From contig CAYZIY010000003.1 of the NCBI GenBank assembly GCA_964478715.1, positions 6,669 through 70,668 of the forward strand: 64,000 nt of DNA, read 5' to 3'. The notes under the pieces are model-generated. The model saw nothing but the letters and a program-made list of their open reading frames with translations, did no database searches and was not told the origin of the DNA. This document shows, piece after piece, positions 1 to 8,793 of this stretch. Each line of letters opens with the position of its first letter. Positions within the stretch are counted from its first letter, which is position 1. The position numbers and the translations under genes were made by a program. Origin of the DNA: an uncultured Planctomycetales bacterium. Lineage in GTDB: Bacteria; Omnitrophota; Gorgyraeia; Zapsychrales; JBDRMG01.

Positions 1-237
1 TTTCATTCAAAGACGAAATTCAAATCAGGAACCGGTTGGCCAAGTTTTTGGGCCCCGGTATCCGATTTGAATATTGAACTATACAAAGATACCGGCTTTT
101 TCATGAATCGCATTGAAGTGATTTGCGCGCGTTGCCAGGCGCATTTAGGGCATATTTTTAATGATGGCCCTCCGCCGACGGGGAAAAGATATTGTATCAA
201 TTCGAATGCGTTAAATTTTGTGGAAATGGATCAATAA
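1..237 (+). CDS. msrB: peptide-methionine (R)-S-oxide reductase MsrB, C-terminal fragment (5' end lies outside the window)
   Basis: Frame-1 translation ...[12 protein letters not shown]...[34 protein letters not shown]... ends at TAA 235-237. This is the canonical SelR/MsrB signature (GTGWPSF, HLGHVF.DGP, RYCINS). The listed minus ORF 3..200 is its antisense artefact. Confidence 0.85.
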   Translation, partial: FHSKTKFKSGTGWPSFWAPVSDLNIELYKDTGFFMNRIEVICARCQAHLGHIFNDGPPPTGKRYCINSNALNFVEMDQ

Positions 238-263
238 AATCAGGATGGGAAAAGGAGAAATCA

Positions 264-902
264 ATGGATCGTAGGTTATTTAAAGTCATTGCTGTTTTTG
301 GTGTTATTGTTTTTTCTGGGTGCGGTACCATTCAAAAAGTTAAAGACCATGATGAGCTGGAGACGATGGTCAGCCAGTGTCAGCGGCAATTGAAAGAAGC
401 GCAAGAGCAGCACGGTGAGACGATCAGTGAGCTGCAGCGAGCCAAAAACAATTTAGAAGAGAAATTGAAGAGCCAGATTGGAGATCAGACTGCCCGCTTA
501 GAGATGAGCGATCGTGGTCTTGTGATCACCTTTTTAGCCGAAATCTTTTTTGATTCGGGTAAGGCGATCATCCAGGAAAAAGGCATGAAGACGCTTCAAG
601 ATGTCGCCGAGGTCCTTAATGAAGATGTCGTTGATTTGAATATTGTGATTGAAGGGCATACGGATAATATCCCGATTAAATATTCCGGGTGGAAGTCGAA
701 TTGGGAGCTTTCAACCGCCCGGGCTCTGGCTGTTCTTCATTATTTTATCAGCATGTGCGATGTAAAACCGCAACGGCTGGCCATTGCCGGTTACAGTCAA
801 TATCGACCGATGGAGTCTAATGAAACTCCCAAAGGTCGGCAAAGAAACAGGAGGGTCGAGATCGTTGTTTTGCCAGTTCAGGAGAAGGTCCCGGCTCCGT
901 AA
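264..902 (+). CDS. OmpA/MotB-family lipoprotein with an N-terminal coiled coil (peptidoglycan-associated)
   Basis: GGAG ribosome-binding site before ATG 264. Lipoprotein signal MDRRLFKVIAVFGVIVFSGC. C-terminal OmpA-like motif NIVIEGHTDNIP...WELSTARALAV..GRQRNRRVEIVV. The track start at 192 is probably an over-extension. Confidence 0.75.
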   Translation: MDRRLFKVIAVFGVIVFSGCGTIQKVKDHDELETMVSQCQRQLKEAQEQHGETISELQRAKNNLEEKLKSQIGDQTARLEMSDRGLVITFLAEIFFDSGKAIIQEKGMKTLQDVAEVLNEDVVDLNIVIEGHTDNIPIKYSGWKSNWELSTARALAVLHYFISMCDVKPQRLAIAGYSQYRPMESNETPKGRQRNRRVEIVVLPVQEKVPAP

Positions 903-929
903 GATCTGTTCTGTGACGATTTTTGTTTA

Positions 930-962
930 GGGCAAGCCCTAAATAGGGCTTGCCCTTTTTGT
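930..962 (+). terminator. rho-independent terminator after the OmpA-like gene
   Basis: GGGCAAGCCC-TAAATA-GGGCTTGCCC (10-bp perfect stem) followed by TTTTTGTTT. Confidence 0.75.
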
Positions 963-1062
963 TTATACAAGATAAAATATTTATTCAAAATCGGTCCTGT
1001 ATCAACGATCTAAAAAGGAACAAAATGATTTTTAATGATTTCAACTATCAAGGAGCAGGTCT

Positions 1063-2589
1063 ATGCGTGCCGGTGTTATCGATATCGGATCGAATTCTAT
1101 TAAATGTTTGATAGCAGAAAAGGATGAGAGCAATTTAAGAATTTTGGAATCGTTAAAAAATTTCTCGCCTATTGGACGGAGCACTTTTCTTCGCGGTCGC
1201 ATCTCACAGCAAAATATAAATCAAACCATTGTTATTCTTGAGAAATATAAAGAAGTACTCAACCAATATGAAGTAACCAATATCCGGATAATTGCAACTA
1301 CAGCCGTACGTGAAGCCCGAAATCGCGAAATATTTCTTGATACAGTTTTTCGAAAAACCGATTTTCAGATCGAAGTTCTCAATGTGGGGGATGTTGTTTA
1401 TTTTATTGATAGCTATCTCTCTCATAAGTTGAAGAACAAATTTCCGATCCATACCCGTAATCTGATCATCGGTGAGCTTGGATCGGGAAGTCTCGATATC
1501 TCAATTATGAAAAAAGGTTTTACCCTTATGAATGTCGGGCTTCCGATCGGGGCCTTGCGTATCAAGCAGCTTCTCGCCCGCCTGGACGGTAGCCAAGAGG
1601 AGACTACGGAAGCTATCGGACAGTACATCGAGAATGAGTTTGTCAGCTTGAAACGAAACTTGCCCCGGATTCGCATCGATGACATTATCCTTATCGACGA
1701 AAATTACTTCCATTTGCAAAATATTTTGCCTCACAAATTTGAGGAATCCGATTTTTTCTATTTGACTCATGCAGATGCCAAAAAAGTTTTGTCTTTGGTG
1801 GTTGATAAAAGGAATGAAGAAATAGCCAGGCAATACAATTTACCGCTAGAAATCAGCGATACAATTGTGGCCTATATGATGATTCTTGAGATGTTTTTTA
1901 AAATGACTGATACGAAGAAAATTTACGTTTTGGAAACATCATTGGCGGAAGCCATTTTGGCCAATATGTTGTTTGATCTAGAGCTCAACGATAAATATAA
2001 TAAGATGAATCAATTAATTTCGGTCGCGAATTCTTTGTGCTATAAATATAACCAGGATTTAAATCATGTCCGTGCGGTTGCCAATATGGCCAAAGTTATT
2101 TTTGATAATCTGGCACCAGCGATGGGCCTAAAAGAAGAAGACGCTTTATTGCTTCTTTTGGCCGCCTATTTGCACGATATCGGACAATTTATTCATAACC
2201 GGGCGCATCACAAGCACTCCGAGTATGTTATTAATTCTTTGAATCTTTTTAGGATGACAGACCAGGAGATTAAAGTTTGCGCCTGTATTGCTCGTTATCA
2301 TCGTAAGGCTTTCCCGTCCTCCAATCATATGTATTTCAATTCTCTGCCAACCGATAAGAAAATCGTAGTTCAAAAATTGGCTTCGATTTTAAGAATGGCC
2401 GATTCACTGGATCGTTCTCATAAGCAAAAAGTCAATGATCTGGATATCGAGATCAGCGGCGAAGGAGATATCGCGATCACAGTTGATGCCAGCGGTAATT
2501 TCGTTCTGGAAAAAGCAGAATTTGCGCAAAAGAAAACATTATTCGAGGAAATTACAGGCAGTAAAGCGAACCTGATCGTCAATAACTGA
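1063..2589 (+). CDS. ppx: exopolyphosphatase / guanosine pentaphosphate phosphohydrolase (Ppx/GppA) with C-terminal HD domain
   Basis: N-terminal GVIDIGSNSIKCLIAE (Ppx/GppA actin-like ATPase fold). C-terminal HD motif LHDIGQFIHNRAHHKHS...ARYHRKAFP. The stop overlaps the ppk start (ATGA at 2589). Confidence 0.85.
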   Translation: MRAGVIDIGSNSIKCLIAEKDESNLRILESLKNFSPIGRSTFLRGRISQQNINQTIVILEKYKEVLNQYEVTNIRIIATTAVREARNREIFLDTVFRKTDFQIEVLNVGDVVYFIDSYLSHKLKNKFPIHTRNLIIGELGSGSLDISIMKKGFTLMNVGLPIGALRIKQLLARLDGSQEETTEAIGQYIENEFVSLKRNLPRIRIDDIILIDENYFHLQNILPHKFEESDFFYLTHADAKKVLSLVVDKRNEEIARQYNLPLEISDTIVAYMMILEMFFKMTDTKKIYVLETSLAEAILANMLFDLELNDKYNKMNQLISVANSLCYKYNQDLNHVRAVANMAKVIFDNLAPAMGLKEEDALLLLLAAYLHDIGQFIHNRAHHKHSEYVINSLNLFRMTDQEIKVCACIARYHRKAFPSSNHMYFNSLPTDKKIVVQKLASILRMADSLDRSHKQKVNDLDIEISGEGDIAITVDASGNFVLEKAEFAQKKTLFEEITGSKANLIVNN

Positions 2590-4622
2590 TGAATCATCAA
2601 AAGACAGAATTAAGTCCGCGAGAGAAATTTATTCACCGGGAAATCAGCTGGTTGAATTTTAATGAACGAGTGATGGACGAAGCCTCCGACTTGTCGAATC
2701 CTCTGCTAGAAAGACTGAAATTTCTGGCGATCTTTATCAATAATCTAGACGAATTCATTATGGTCCGGGTTGCGGGGTTAAGGCGACTGCTGGATTCCGG
2801 TTTTAACCAGAAGGATATTTTTGGATACTATCCTTTTGAGCTTTTCCAGGAAATTCGCTTGCGGGTTGAAGTTTTATTCCGGAAGCTTTATGACATTTTT
2901 GAATTGCTAAATAATGAGCTGAAGAAGAATAAGATTTTCATCAAGACATATGAGGGATTAACGGGGGAACAGAAGAAATACATCAATAGATTATTCGAAC
3001 AAACTATCTTTCCAACTATTACCCCCATGGCGGTGGATCAGGGGAGGCCGTTTCCTCTTCTTTCCTCGAAAACAATTGCATTTGCCGTTTCTCTTAAGCA
3101 AAACGGTAAGATTCATTTAGCTATTATTCCGGTTCCCCAATCTGCCCAACGGGTGATTCGGCTTCCCTCCGAGAGGCATCAGCTAGATTTTATTCTGCTG
3201 GATGAGGTTATCAGGGAGTTCCTTCCGAAATTTTTTCGGGGATTTGAAATTTTACACACCACCGCTTTTCGCTTGATGAGAGACAGCGAACTGTCTGTAG
3301 ACGAGGAGTTTGCTGAGCATTTGCTCAAAGCCATCGAGGAAGAATTACGCAAAAGACCTCGCGGAAAGGTTGTTTGCCTGGAACTGGAGCGTGCGTGTGA
3401 TAAGCAATTAAAGCAAATGATTTGCGAAGGGCTGGATTTTTCCGAAGAAGATGTTATTACCATAAAGGGAGACCTAGATTTGAGCTTTCTATTTGAATTA
3501 ATCCATGAGGTGGGGGATCCGCAGCTGTCTTATCCCGACTTCAAAAGAGGCCAGATAGATTATGAAGATATTTTTGAGAGAATCAAGGAATCGGATTTTC
3601 TTCTGCATCTGCCGTTTCAATCTTTTCAACCTACGGTGGATCTGATTCAATCTGCCGCTTGTGATGAGAATGTTTTAGCAATCAAAATGACATTGTATCG
3701 AACTAATGAAGATTCGGCAATTATCGCTGCTCTTAAAAAGGCCGCGGAAAACAAAAAACAGGTGACCGTCCTGGTGGAGATCAAAGCGCGGTTTGAAGAG
3801 AAGAAGAACATCAATTGGTCCCGCGAACTCGAGGAGGCTGGATGTCATGTGATTTACGGGATCGCCAATATGAAGATCCATTCCAAGATTACGCTCATTG
3901 TTCGCAAGGAAGAGGGCCGCATTCGTCGTTATGTTCATTTGTCGACCGGAAATTATAATGAAAAGACAGCCAAAATCTATAGCGATATGGGTTATTTTAC
4001 CGTTAATGACGATTTTGCACGCGACATTTCGGATGTTTTCAATGTTATTACCGGGTATTCTCTGCCGTCACGCTGGAAAAGAATTATTTCCTCCCCCAAT
4101 GATTTACGGCAATATTTTTTTGAGTTGATCAATCAGGAAATCGAATATCAGCAGAAATACAAAAATGGTCAGATTTTTGCTAAGTTTAATTCTCTTGAAG
4201 ATCCGAAAATTATCGAGAAGCTTTATGAGGCTTCGCAGGCGGGCGTAAAAATCCGCTTGGTTGTCCGCGGTATCTGCTGCTTGATTCCGGGAGTCAAAGG
4301 CTTCAGCGATAATATCGAAGTCAGAAGTATCGTGGGCCGGTTTTTGGAGCATACAAGGATTTTTATTTTTCACAACAATACCGATCAGAGGATATTTCTC
4401 TCGAGTGCTGATTGGATGCGGCGCAATCTGGATCGGCGCATTGAGCTGCTTTTTGAAATCACAAAGACTGACCTGAAAGATCATATTCGTTTTGTCATGA
4501 AAAGCTATTGGAAGGATAATGTGAAATCAAGAATATTAAAGAACGACAAAAACTACATTCCTCTAAAAGATAAGAATGAGTCATTCAACGTACAGGACAA
4601 ACTCATCGAACATTACTCCTGA
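2589..4622 (+). CDS. ppk: polyphosphate kinase 1
   Basis: 677 aa. N-terminus ...FIHREISWLNFNERVMDEA is characteristic of PPK1. Conserved PLD-like C-terminal domains (HSKITLIVR, HTRIFIF). The stop overlaps the next start (TGATG at 4620-4624). Confidence 0.9.
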   Translation: MNHQKTELSPREKFIHREISWLNFNERVMDEASDLSNPLLERLKFLAIFINNLDEFIMVRVAGLRRLLDSGFNQKDIFGYYPFELFQEIRLRVEVLFRKLYDIFELLNNELKKNKIFIKTYEGLTGEQKKYINRLFEQTIFPTITPMAVDQGRPFPLLSSKTIAFAVSLKQNGKIHLAIIPVPQSAQRVIRLPSERHQLDFILLDEVIREFLPKFFRGFEILHTTAFRLMRDSELSVDEEFAEHLLKAIEEELRKRPRGKVVCLELERACDKQLKQMICEGLDFSEEDVITIKGDLDLSFLFELIHEVGDPQLSYPDFKRGQIDYEDIFERIKESDFLLHLPFQSFQPTVDLIQSAACDENVLAIKMTLYRTNEDSAIIAALKKAAENKKQVTVLVEIKARFEEKKNINWSRELEEAGCHVIYGIANMKIHSKITLIVRKEEGRIRRYVHLSTGNYNEKTAKIYSDMGYFTVNDDFARDISDVFNVITGYSLPSRWKRIISSPNDLRQYFFELINQEIEYQQKYKNGQIFAKFNSLEDPKIIEKLYEASQAGVKIRLVVRGICCLIPGVKGFSDNIEVRSIVGRFLEHTRIFIFHNNTDQRIFLSSADWMRRNLDRRIELLFEITKTDLKDHIRFVMKSYWKDNVKSRILKNDKNYIPLKDKNESFNVQDKLIEHYS

Positions 4623-5518
4623 TGCTTTATTGTCAGTATGCCCAAGAAATATTTTGTCAACATCTGACTCAGATTGAGAAACAAAAGCGAGGAGCGCTTG
4701 CCGTCCGTGATATCGAATATCTGCATCAGTTGAGAGTCGGCATTCGCCGCCTTACCAATACACTATGGGTTTTTCAGGATCTTTTCCCCAAAAAGACATA
4801 CCAGAAGCACAAAGCCTCTCTTAAGAAATTAACCAAAGTTTTAGGTAGGGCTCGCGACCAGGATGTCAAGATTGCGCTTATTGAAAGCTATGGTGCAAAA
4901 AGTCGGGATGCTCAAATCAAAAAACACGTACAAATTTTGATCCGTACCTTAGCCGAAGAAAGACGAGAATCGCAAGAGAAGGTATCAGCCGCCATTAAAG
5001 AATTTGAGAAAGAGAAGACGACACTTGAAATTTCCAAGAGTTTAGAGAAGCCTCTGGATACTACTTCCAGACAACAGAAGATAAAAAGAATCGCCATTCA
5101 AAGGATTTCGAGTCGTATTGCGCAGATGAATCAACGCAGCCATTGCGTTCATAAGCCACAGAAGGTCAAAGAACTCCATCGATTGAGAATCGCCGTCAGA
5201 CATTTACGCTATTCTCTGGAGTCTTTTGTGTTGTTTTATGGAAAGGATATTAAGCCTTACCTTAAATACGCTAAAGGGATCCAAGGCGCTCTTGGAAAAA
5301 CACATGATCTGGATGTCTGGATTCAGCAACTTCCCGGATATGCCTCCATCGAATCCAGAAATATTGCATTCCCGGTAACATTGAGTATTCTTATTGGTGA
5401 TTGCCGTGTTTTAAGAAATAAATCCTATAGAAAATTTTTTCGCTTATGGAGTAACGCTCAAAAAGATAAAACGTGGAATAAGTGCCGTCGTTTCTTGTCC
5501 TACCACAAGCGAACATGA
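4622..5518 (+). CDS. CHAD-domain protein (conserved histidine alpha-helical domain, polyphosphate-associated)
   Basis: Helical, His/Arg-rich protein with LHQLRVGIRRL and HRLRIAVRHLRY motifs typical of CHAD. It sits immediately after ppk and is translationally coupled on both sides. Confidence 0.65.
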   Translation: MLYCQYAQEIFCQHLTQIEKQKRGALAVRDIEYLHQLRVGIRRLTNTLWVFQDLFPKKTYQKHKASLKKLTKVLGRARDQDVKIALIESYGAKSRDAQIKKHVQILIRTLAEERRESQEKVSAAIKEFEKEKTTLEISKSLEKPLDTTSRQQKIKRIAIQRISSRIAQMNQRSHCVHKPQKVKELHRLRIAVRHLRYSLESFVLFYGKDIKPYLKYAKGIQGALGKTHDLDVWIQQLPGYASIESRNIAFPVTLSILIGDCRVLRNKSYRKFFRLWSNAQKDKTWNKCRRFLSYHKRT

Positions 5519-6261
5519 GAGTGGCTGTCTTTTCAGATATTCATGCCAATTTTCCTGCCTGTCAGCGAGTTATAGGGGATGCCAAAAGCCGCAAAACTGG
5601 ATTGATGATTCAATTGGGAGACGTTCTCGGCTTTGCGCCTTATCCGGAGGAGGTCATCGCCCTTTTACAAAAAGAGAAAATCAAAAGCATTATCGGCAAT
5701 TATGATCTCAAAGTTCTCCAGTTTAGGAAAAAGATTTCTAAGTGGCTGAAGAAAAAAGATGCCGTCAAGGTGTTTTCTTTCTGGTGGAGCCATGATAATA
5801 TTAGTTCTAAAGCGAGAAAATATTTAAAGCGTCTGCCTAAGACTATGAAACTGAGTCTTGGCAAAAAAAAGGTATTTTGTGTCCATGGAAGTCCTGATGA
5901 TATGGAAGAGCCCCTGGGGCCCGACACGCCACTCAAAAGGTTGGAAAAAATCGTAGAGACCAATAAAGTCGATCTCATTCTTTGCGGGCACAGTCATGAA
6001 TTTTTTGCCAAGAAAGTCCGTGGTGTATGGCTTGTAAATCCCGGGAGTGTAGGGCGTTCCTTTGATGGCAGTGTCAAGAGTTCTTATGCGATTGTGGATA
6101 TTTCCCGGAAAAAGATATCTGTTGAACATTTTCGGATTCCTTATCCGGTGGAACAGGTGATTAAGAGGATGCAGCAGGAGAAATTTCCGCAAGAATTGTG
6201 CGTAGCTTTATCGCAAGGTAGAAGTATCGACGATATGGAAATAGATGAAGGTGATGAATGA
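5515..6261 (+). CDS. calcineurin-like metallophosphoesterase (YfcE/Mre11-type fold)
   Basis: MRVAVFSDIHANF...GNYD...CGHSHE motifs (the D..H, GNHD/E and GH.H metal ligands). ATG 5515 overlaps the CHAD stop (ATGA). The track start at 5482 is an upstream over-extension. Confidence 0.7.
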   Translation: MRVAVFSDIHANFPACQRVIGDAKSRKTGLMIQLGDVLGFAPYPEEVIALLQKEKIKSIIGNYDLKVLQFRKKISKWLKKKDAVKVFSFWWSHDNISSKARKYLKRLPKTMKLSLGKKKVFCVHGSPDDMEEPLGPDTPLKRLEKIVETNKVDLILCGHSHEFFAKKVRGVWLVNPGSVGRSFDGSVKSSYAIVDISRKKISVEHFRIPYPVEQVIKRMQQEKFPQELCVALSQGRSIDDMEIDEGDE

Positions 6262-6857
6262 TTGAAAAAGTTCAGCAATTAGCTGATAACTACGATTACG
6301 AAAAAGAGCATGCCCAACAGGTAACTCGTTTGGCTCTCAAAATATTTAACGAAACAAGGTCCTTGCATAATTTTGGAGATATTGAACGCTGGTGGCTGCA
6401 GGCCGCAAGTTTTCTACATGATATCGGCTGGAAATCAGGCCGTAAAGGGCATCATAAAGCCTCTCGCGATGCTATTTTGCATTCCATGGATTTGCCTTTT
6501 AACGAGAAAGAGAAAATGATTGTAGCACTCATTGCCCGTTATCATCGACGGGCTTTTCCGCAGGAAAAGCACAGGTATTATGCCAGTTTGGATCCGCAGT
6601 CGAAACATATTGTGGCCGTTTTGTCTTCCTTTTTGCGTATCGCTGATGGTTTGGATCGGACCCGCAGCAATGATGTGAAGGATATTAAATGCGATATTGC
6701 ACCCACCAAGGTAACGATGAAAATCATTACCGAACACTTGCCGGAAGTCGATAAGCAGGCGGGAAAAAAGAAGGGGGATCTTTTTGAGCATCTTTTTGGC
6801 CGCGAGCTGGAAATCTGCGCCCAAGATTCTTCAAAAGAGGAATACTCATTAAATTAA
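6258..6857 (+). CDS. stand-alone HD-domain phosphohydrolase, paralogous to the Ppx C-terminal HD module
   Basis: FLHDIGWKSGRKGHHKASRDAI...LIARYHRRAFP closely parallels the HD region of the ppx product in this same window (LHDIGQFIHNRAHHKHSEYVI...IARYHRKAFP). ATGA overlap with the upstream gene. Confidence 0.65.
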   Translation: MIEKVQQLADNYDYEKEHAQQVTRLALKIFNETRSLHNFGDIERWWLQAASFLHDIGWKSGRKGHHKASRDAILHSMDLPFNEKEKMIVALIARYHRRAFPQEKHRYYASLDPQSKHIVAVLSSFLRIADGLDRTRSNDVKDIKCDIAPTKVTMKIITEHLPEVDKQAGKKKGDLFEHLFGRELEICAQDSSKEEYSLN

Positions 6858-7598
6858 TTGGGGACTCCACCTTTCGATATCTGCGTTTTTTTTCCTTTGA
6901 AGAAGGTCGGTAAAGGACAACAAAGAACGGCGGGCCTCACCGATGGGAAAATCCATGATATCCCAGTGATCACTGTCTTCTCCGTCGTGATTAACGATGA
7001 CGGCTTTAAAAAGATACGCTTCTTTTAATTCCTTGAATGCGCTTCGGGCTCGTCTGGCAATGTCTTTTTGGGCTGCTTGGCCGATCGTTTTTTTTTGTTT
7101 GAGTGTCCGGCGTCTCAGTTTATTTCTCATCAGAAGAGTCAGTTGTCTGGAAAATTCTTTAGGGCCCAGATCTTTTTGAGCTTTCTGGATTTCTACTTTG
7201 CTTAATGGGGAAAGGAAGGCGCTGATTTTTGGAATTGATTTTAAGAAAGGATCGCTTAAAAGAACTTTTCCAACAAAGGGATTACCTTCAAAGAAGACAT
7301 TGGTCTTCTCTAACTGATTTTTTAATTCTAAGAATCCCAGAGCCTGAAGGTCACCGCGAACATTAAAAATCCGGTAATAGTCTTTCTTTTTCAAATTTTT
7401 AATAAATAATAAGGAGCGAAAGAAATAATCAATACCGTCTTTTTCTTCGGGGCGTGGTTTTCGCGAATTATAAAGGACGAGGGGGCGGGTTTCTGTCATT
7501 AGCTGAGGAAAAAATTTTTGAAGAGCTTTGGCAAGAGGACTTTTCCCTGCGCAAGAGGGCCCGCTAAGAATAATGAGTTTATGACGGCGGTTTCTCAT
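6849..7598 (-). CDS. guanylate-kinase-like P-loop nucleoside-monophosphate kinase
   Basis: LIILSGPSCAGKSPL (P-loop) and SRKPRPEEKDGIDYFF (Gmk-like TTRxPRxGE.DG.DY.F). ATG 7598-7596 overlaps the ROK gene stop (palindromic TCATGA). The long track N-terminus (to 7667) is unlikely to be real. Confidence 0.55.
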   Translation of the reverse strand: MRNRRHKLIILSGPSCAGKSPLAKALQKFFPQLMTETRPLVLYNSRKPRPEEKDGIDYFFRSLLFIKNLKKKDYYRIFNVRGDLQALGFLELKNQLEKTNVFFEGNPFVGKVLLSDPFLKSIPKISAFLSPLSKVEIQKAQKDLGPKEFSRQLTLLMRNKLRRRTLKQKKTIGQAAQKDIARRARSAFKELKEAYLFKAVIVNHDGEDSDHWDIMDFPIGEARRSLLSFTDLLQRKKNADIERWSPQLI

Positions 7599-8554
7599 GA
7601 TTTCACCAGATAGACAGCCCCGAGGATCACAGCATCGTCTTTCAGACGCGAAGCGACCAGGGGGCATTTAGGCAGACGTTTAAAAAACGGATCTTTATTA
7701 AATATTTTTCTGATTTCAGGAAGCATAAAGTCACCGCAAGCTTCAATGAGACCGCCGCCAAAAAGAATTTTTTCAGGATCAAAAATATGCCTGAGGCTGA
7801 TGCAAGCCAGACCCAAATTTTTACAGACTTCACGCATGATTTGAAGAGTTAGAGTGTCGTGGCGCTTAAAGGCCTTACGGAATACTTTGCTTTTGATTTG
7901 ATGAATAGATTTCCCGTTCAGCTTGGTGATAATGGATTTTCTTCCGTGTTTAATATATCTGCGGATATCTCTCTCCATGGCCCAACGGCTGGAAATGGCC
8001 TCCAGGCAACCGCTGTTTCCGCAGGTGCATTTGGGACCATTGGGGATCACAATGATATGCCCGATTTCTCCGGCAGCTCCGTGGGTACCCGTTAAGAGTT
8101 CTTTGTTGATCATGACCCCGCCGCCAATACCGGTGCCCGGAAAGATTCCAACGATATTATCGGCCTTTTGCCCCGCGCCCAGCCAGTTTTCTCCCAGAAG
8201 ACCCAAATTTACGTCGTTGCCGATTTCAACCGGACAATAAAATTTTTCTTTGATCTTTTCTCTTAAGGGAAAGTGGGAGAGATTGATATTGGGAGCTTCC
8301 AAAATGCGACCCGTTTTTGTATCCACAATGCCAGGTACGCCCACGCCGATGCCCTTGATGCTCTTTTTGGGGATGCGGACTTCTTTGCAAAGGCGTTCAG
8401 CGGTTTCAATGGTGGTTTTAGAAATTGTGTGTGCTTTTGCCCGATGAGGGGTCGGTGTCTTTACCCGGGAAAGTATCTTTCCCCGTGAGGTGGTTAGGCC
8501 GGTAAGGATTTTTGTTCCGCCAATATCGATGCCAATATAATAATTTGCTGACAT
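7595..8554 (-). CDS. ROK-family sugar kinase (glucokinase-like; possibly a polyphosphate/ATP glucokinase given its neighbours)
   Basis: N-terminal IGIDIGGTKI, ROK zinc motif CTCGNSGCLE, and GHI..IPNG. Confidence 0.75.
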   Translation of the reverse strand: MSANYYIGIDIGGTKILTGLTTSRGKILSRVKTPTPHRAKAHTISKTTIETAERLCKEVRIPKKSIKGIGVGVPGIVDTKTGRILEAPNINLSHFPLREKIKEKFYCPVEIGNDVNLGLLGENWLGAGQKADNIVGIFPGTGIGGGVMINKELLTGTHGAAGEIGHIIVIPNGPKCTCGNSGCLEAISSRWAMERDIRRYIKHGRKSIITKLNGKSIHQIKSKVFRKAFKRHDTLTLQIMREVCKNLGLACISLRHIFDPEKILFGGGLIEACGDFMLPEIRKIFNKDPFFKRLPKCPLVASRLKDDAVILGAVYLVKS

Positions 8555-8718
8555 AACTTCATTTTATTAGTTCTGAAGACGAAAGTAAAATAGTATTCTA
8601 TTAATTGTTAAAGTTATTGATCACGCAAGGAGGAGCGTTCATTAATTTGCTGTTTGGATTTCATCACTAGAGGCATGAGAATTTTCTAAATAGTAAATGA
8701 CGGAGCTTGAGGAAATTA

Positions 8719-8747
8719 TTGACACTATCTAGCCCGTAAGATAAAGT
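8719..8747 (+). promoter_or_regulatory. putative sigma70-type promoter for the Na/Pi-PhoU gene
   Basis: TTGACA (8719-8724), a 17-nt spacer, then TAAAGT (8742-8747), about 45 nt upstream of ATG 8794. Confidence 0.35.
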
Positions 8748-8793
8748 ATTACAAGTATTTTATGAAAAACTCTTCTTACATTAATATTTCTGT

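Noticed and set aside
3-200. Minus-strand 65-aa ORF at the window start
   Set aside because: The plus strand in frame 1 over the same bases encodes a textbook MsrB C-terminus (GTGWPSF...[10 protein letters not shown]...RYCINS). The minus ORF is an antisense artefact.
1204-1833. Three overlapping minus-strand ORFs (82-110 aa) inside ppx
   Set aside because: They are antisense to a well-supported Ppx/GppA reading frame. They have low-complexity hydrophobic translations and no ribosome-binding sites.
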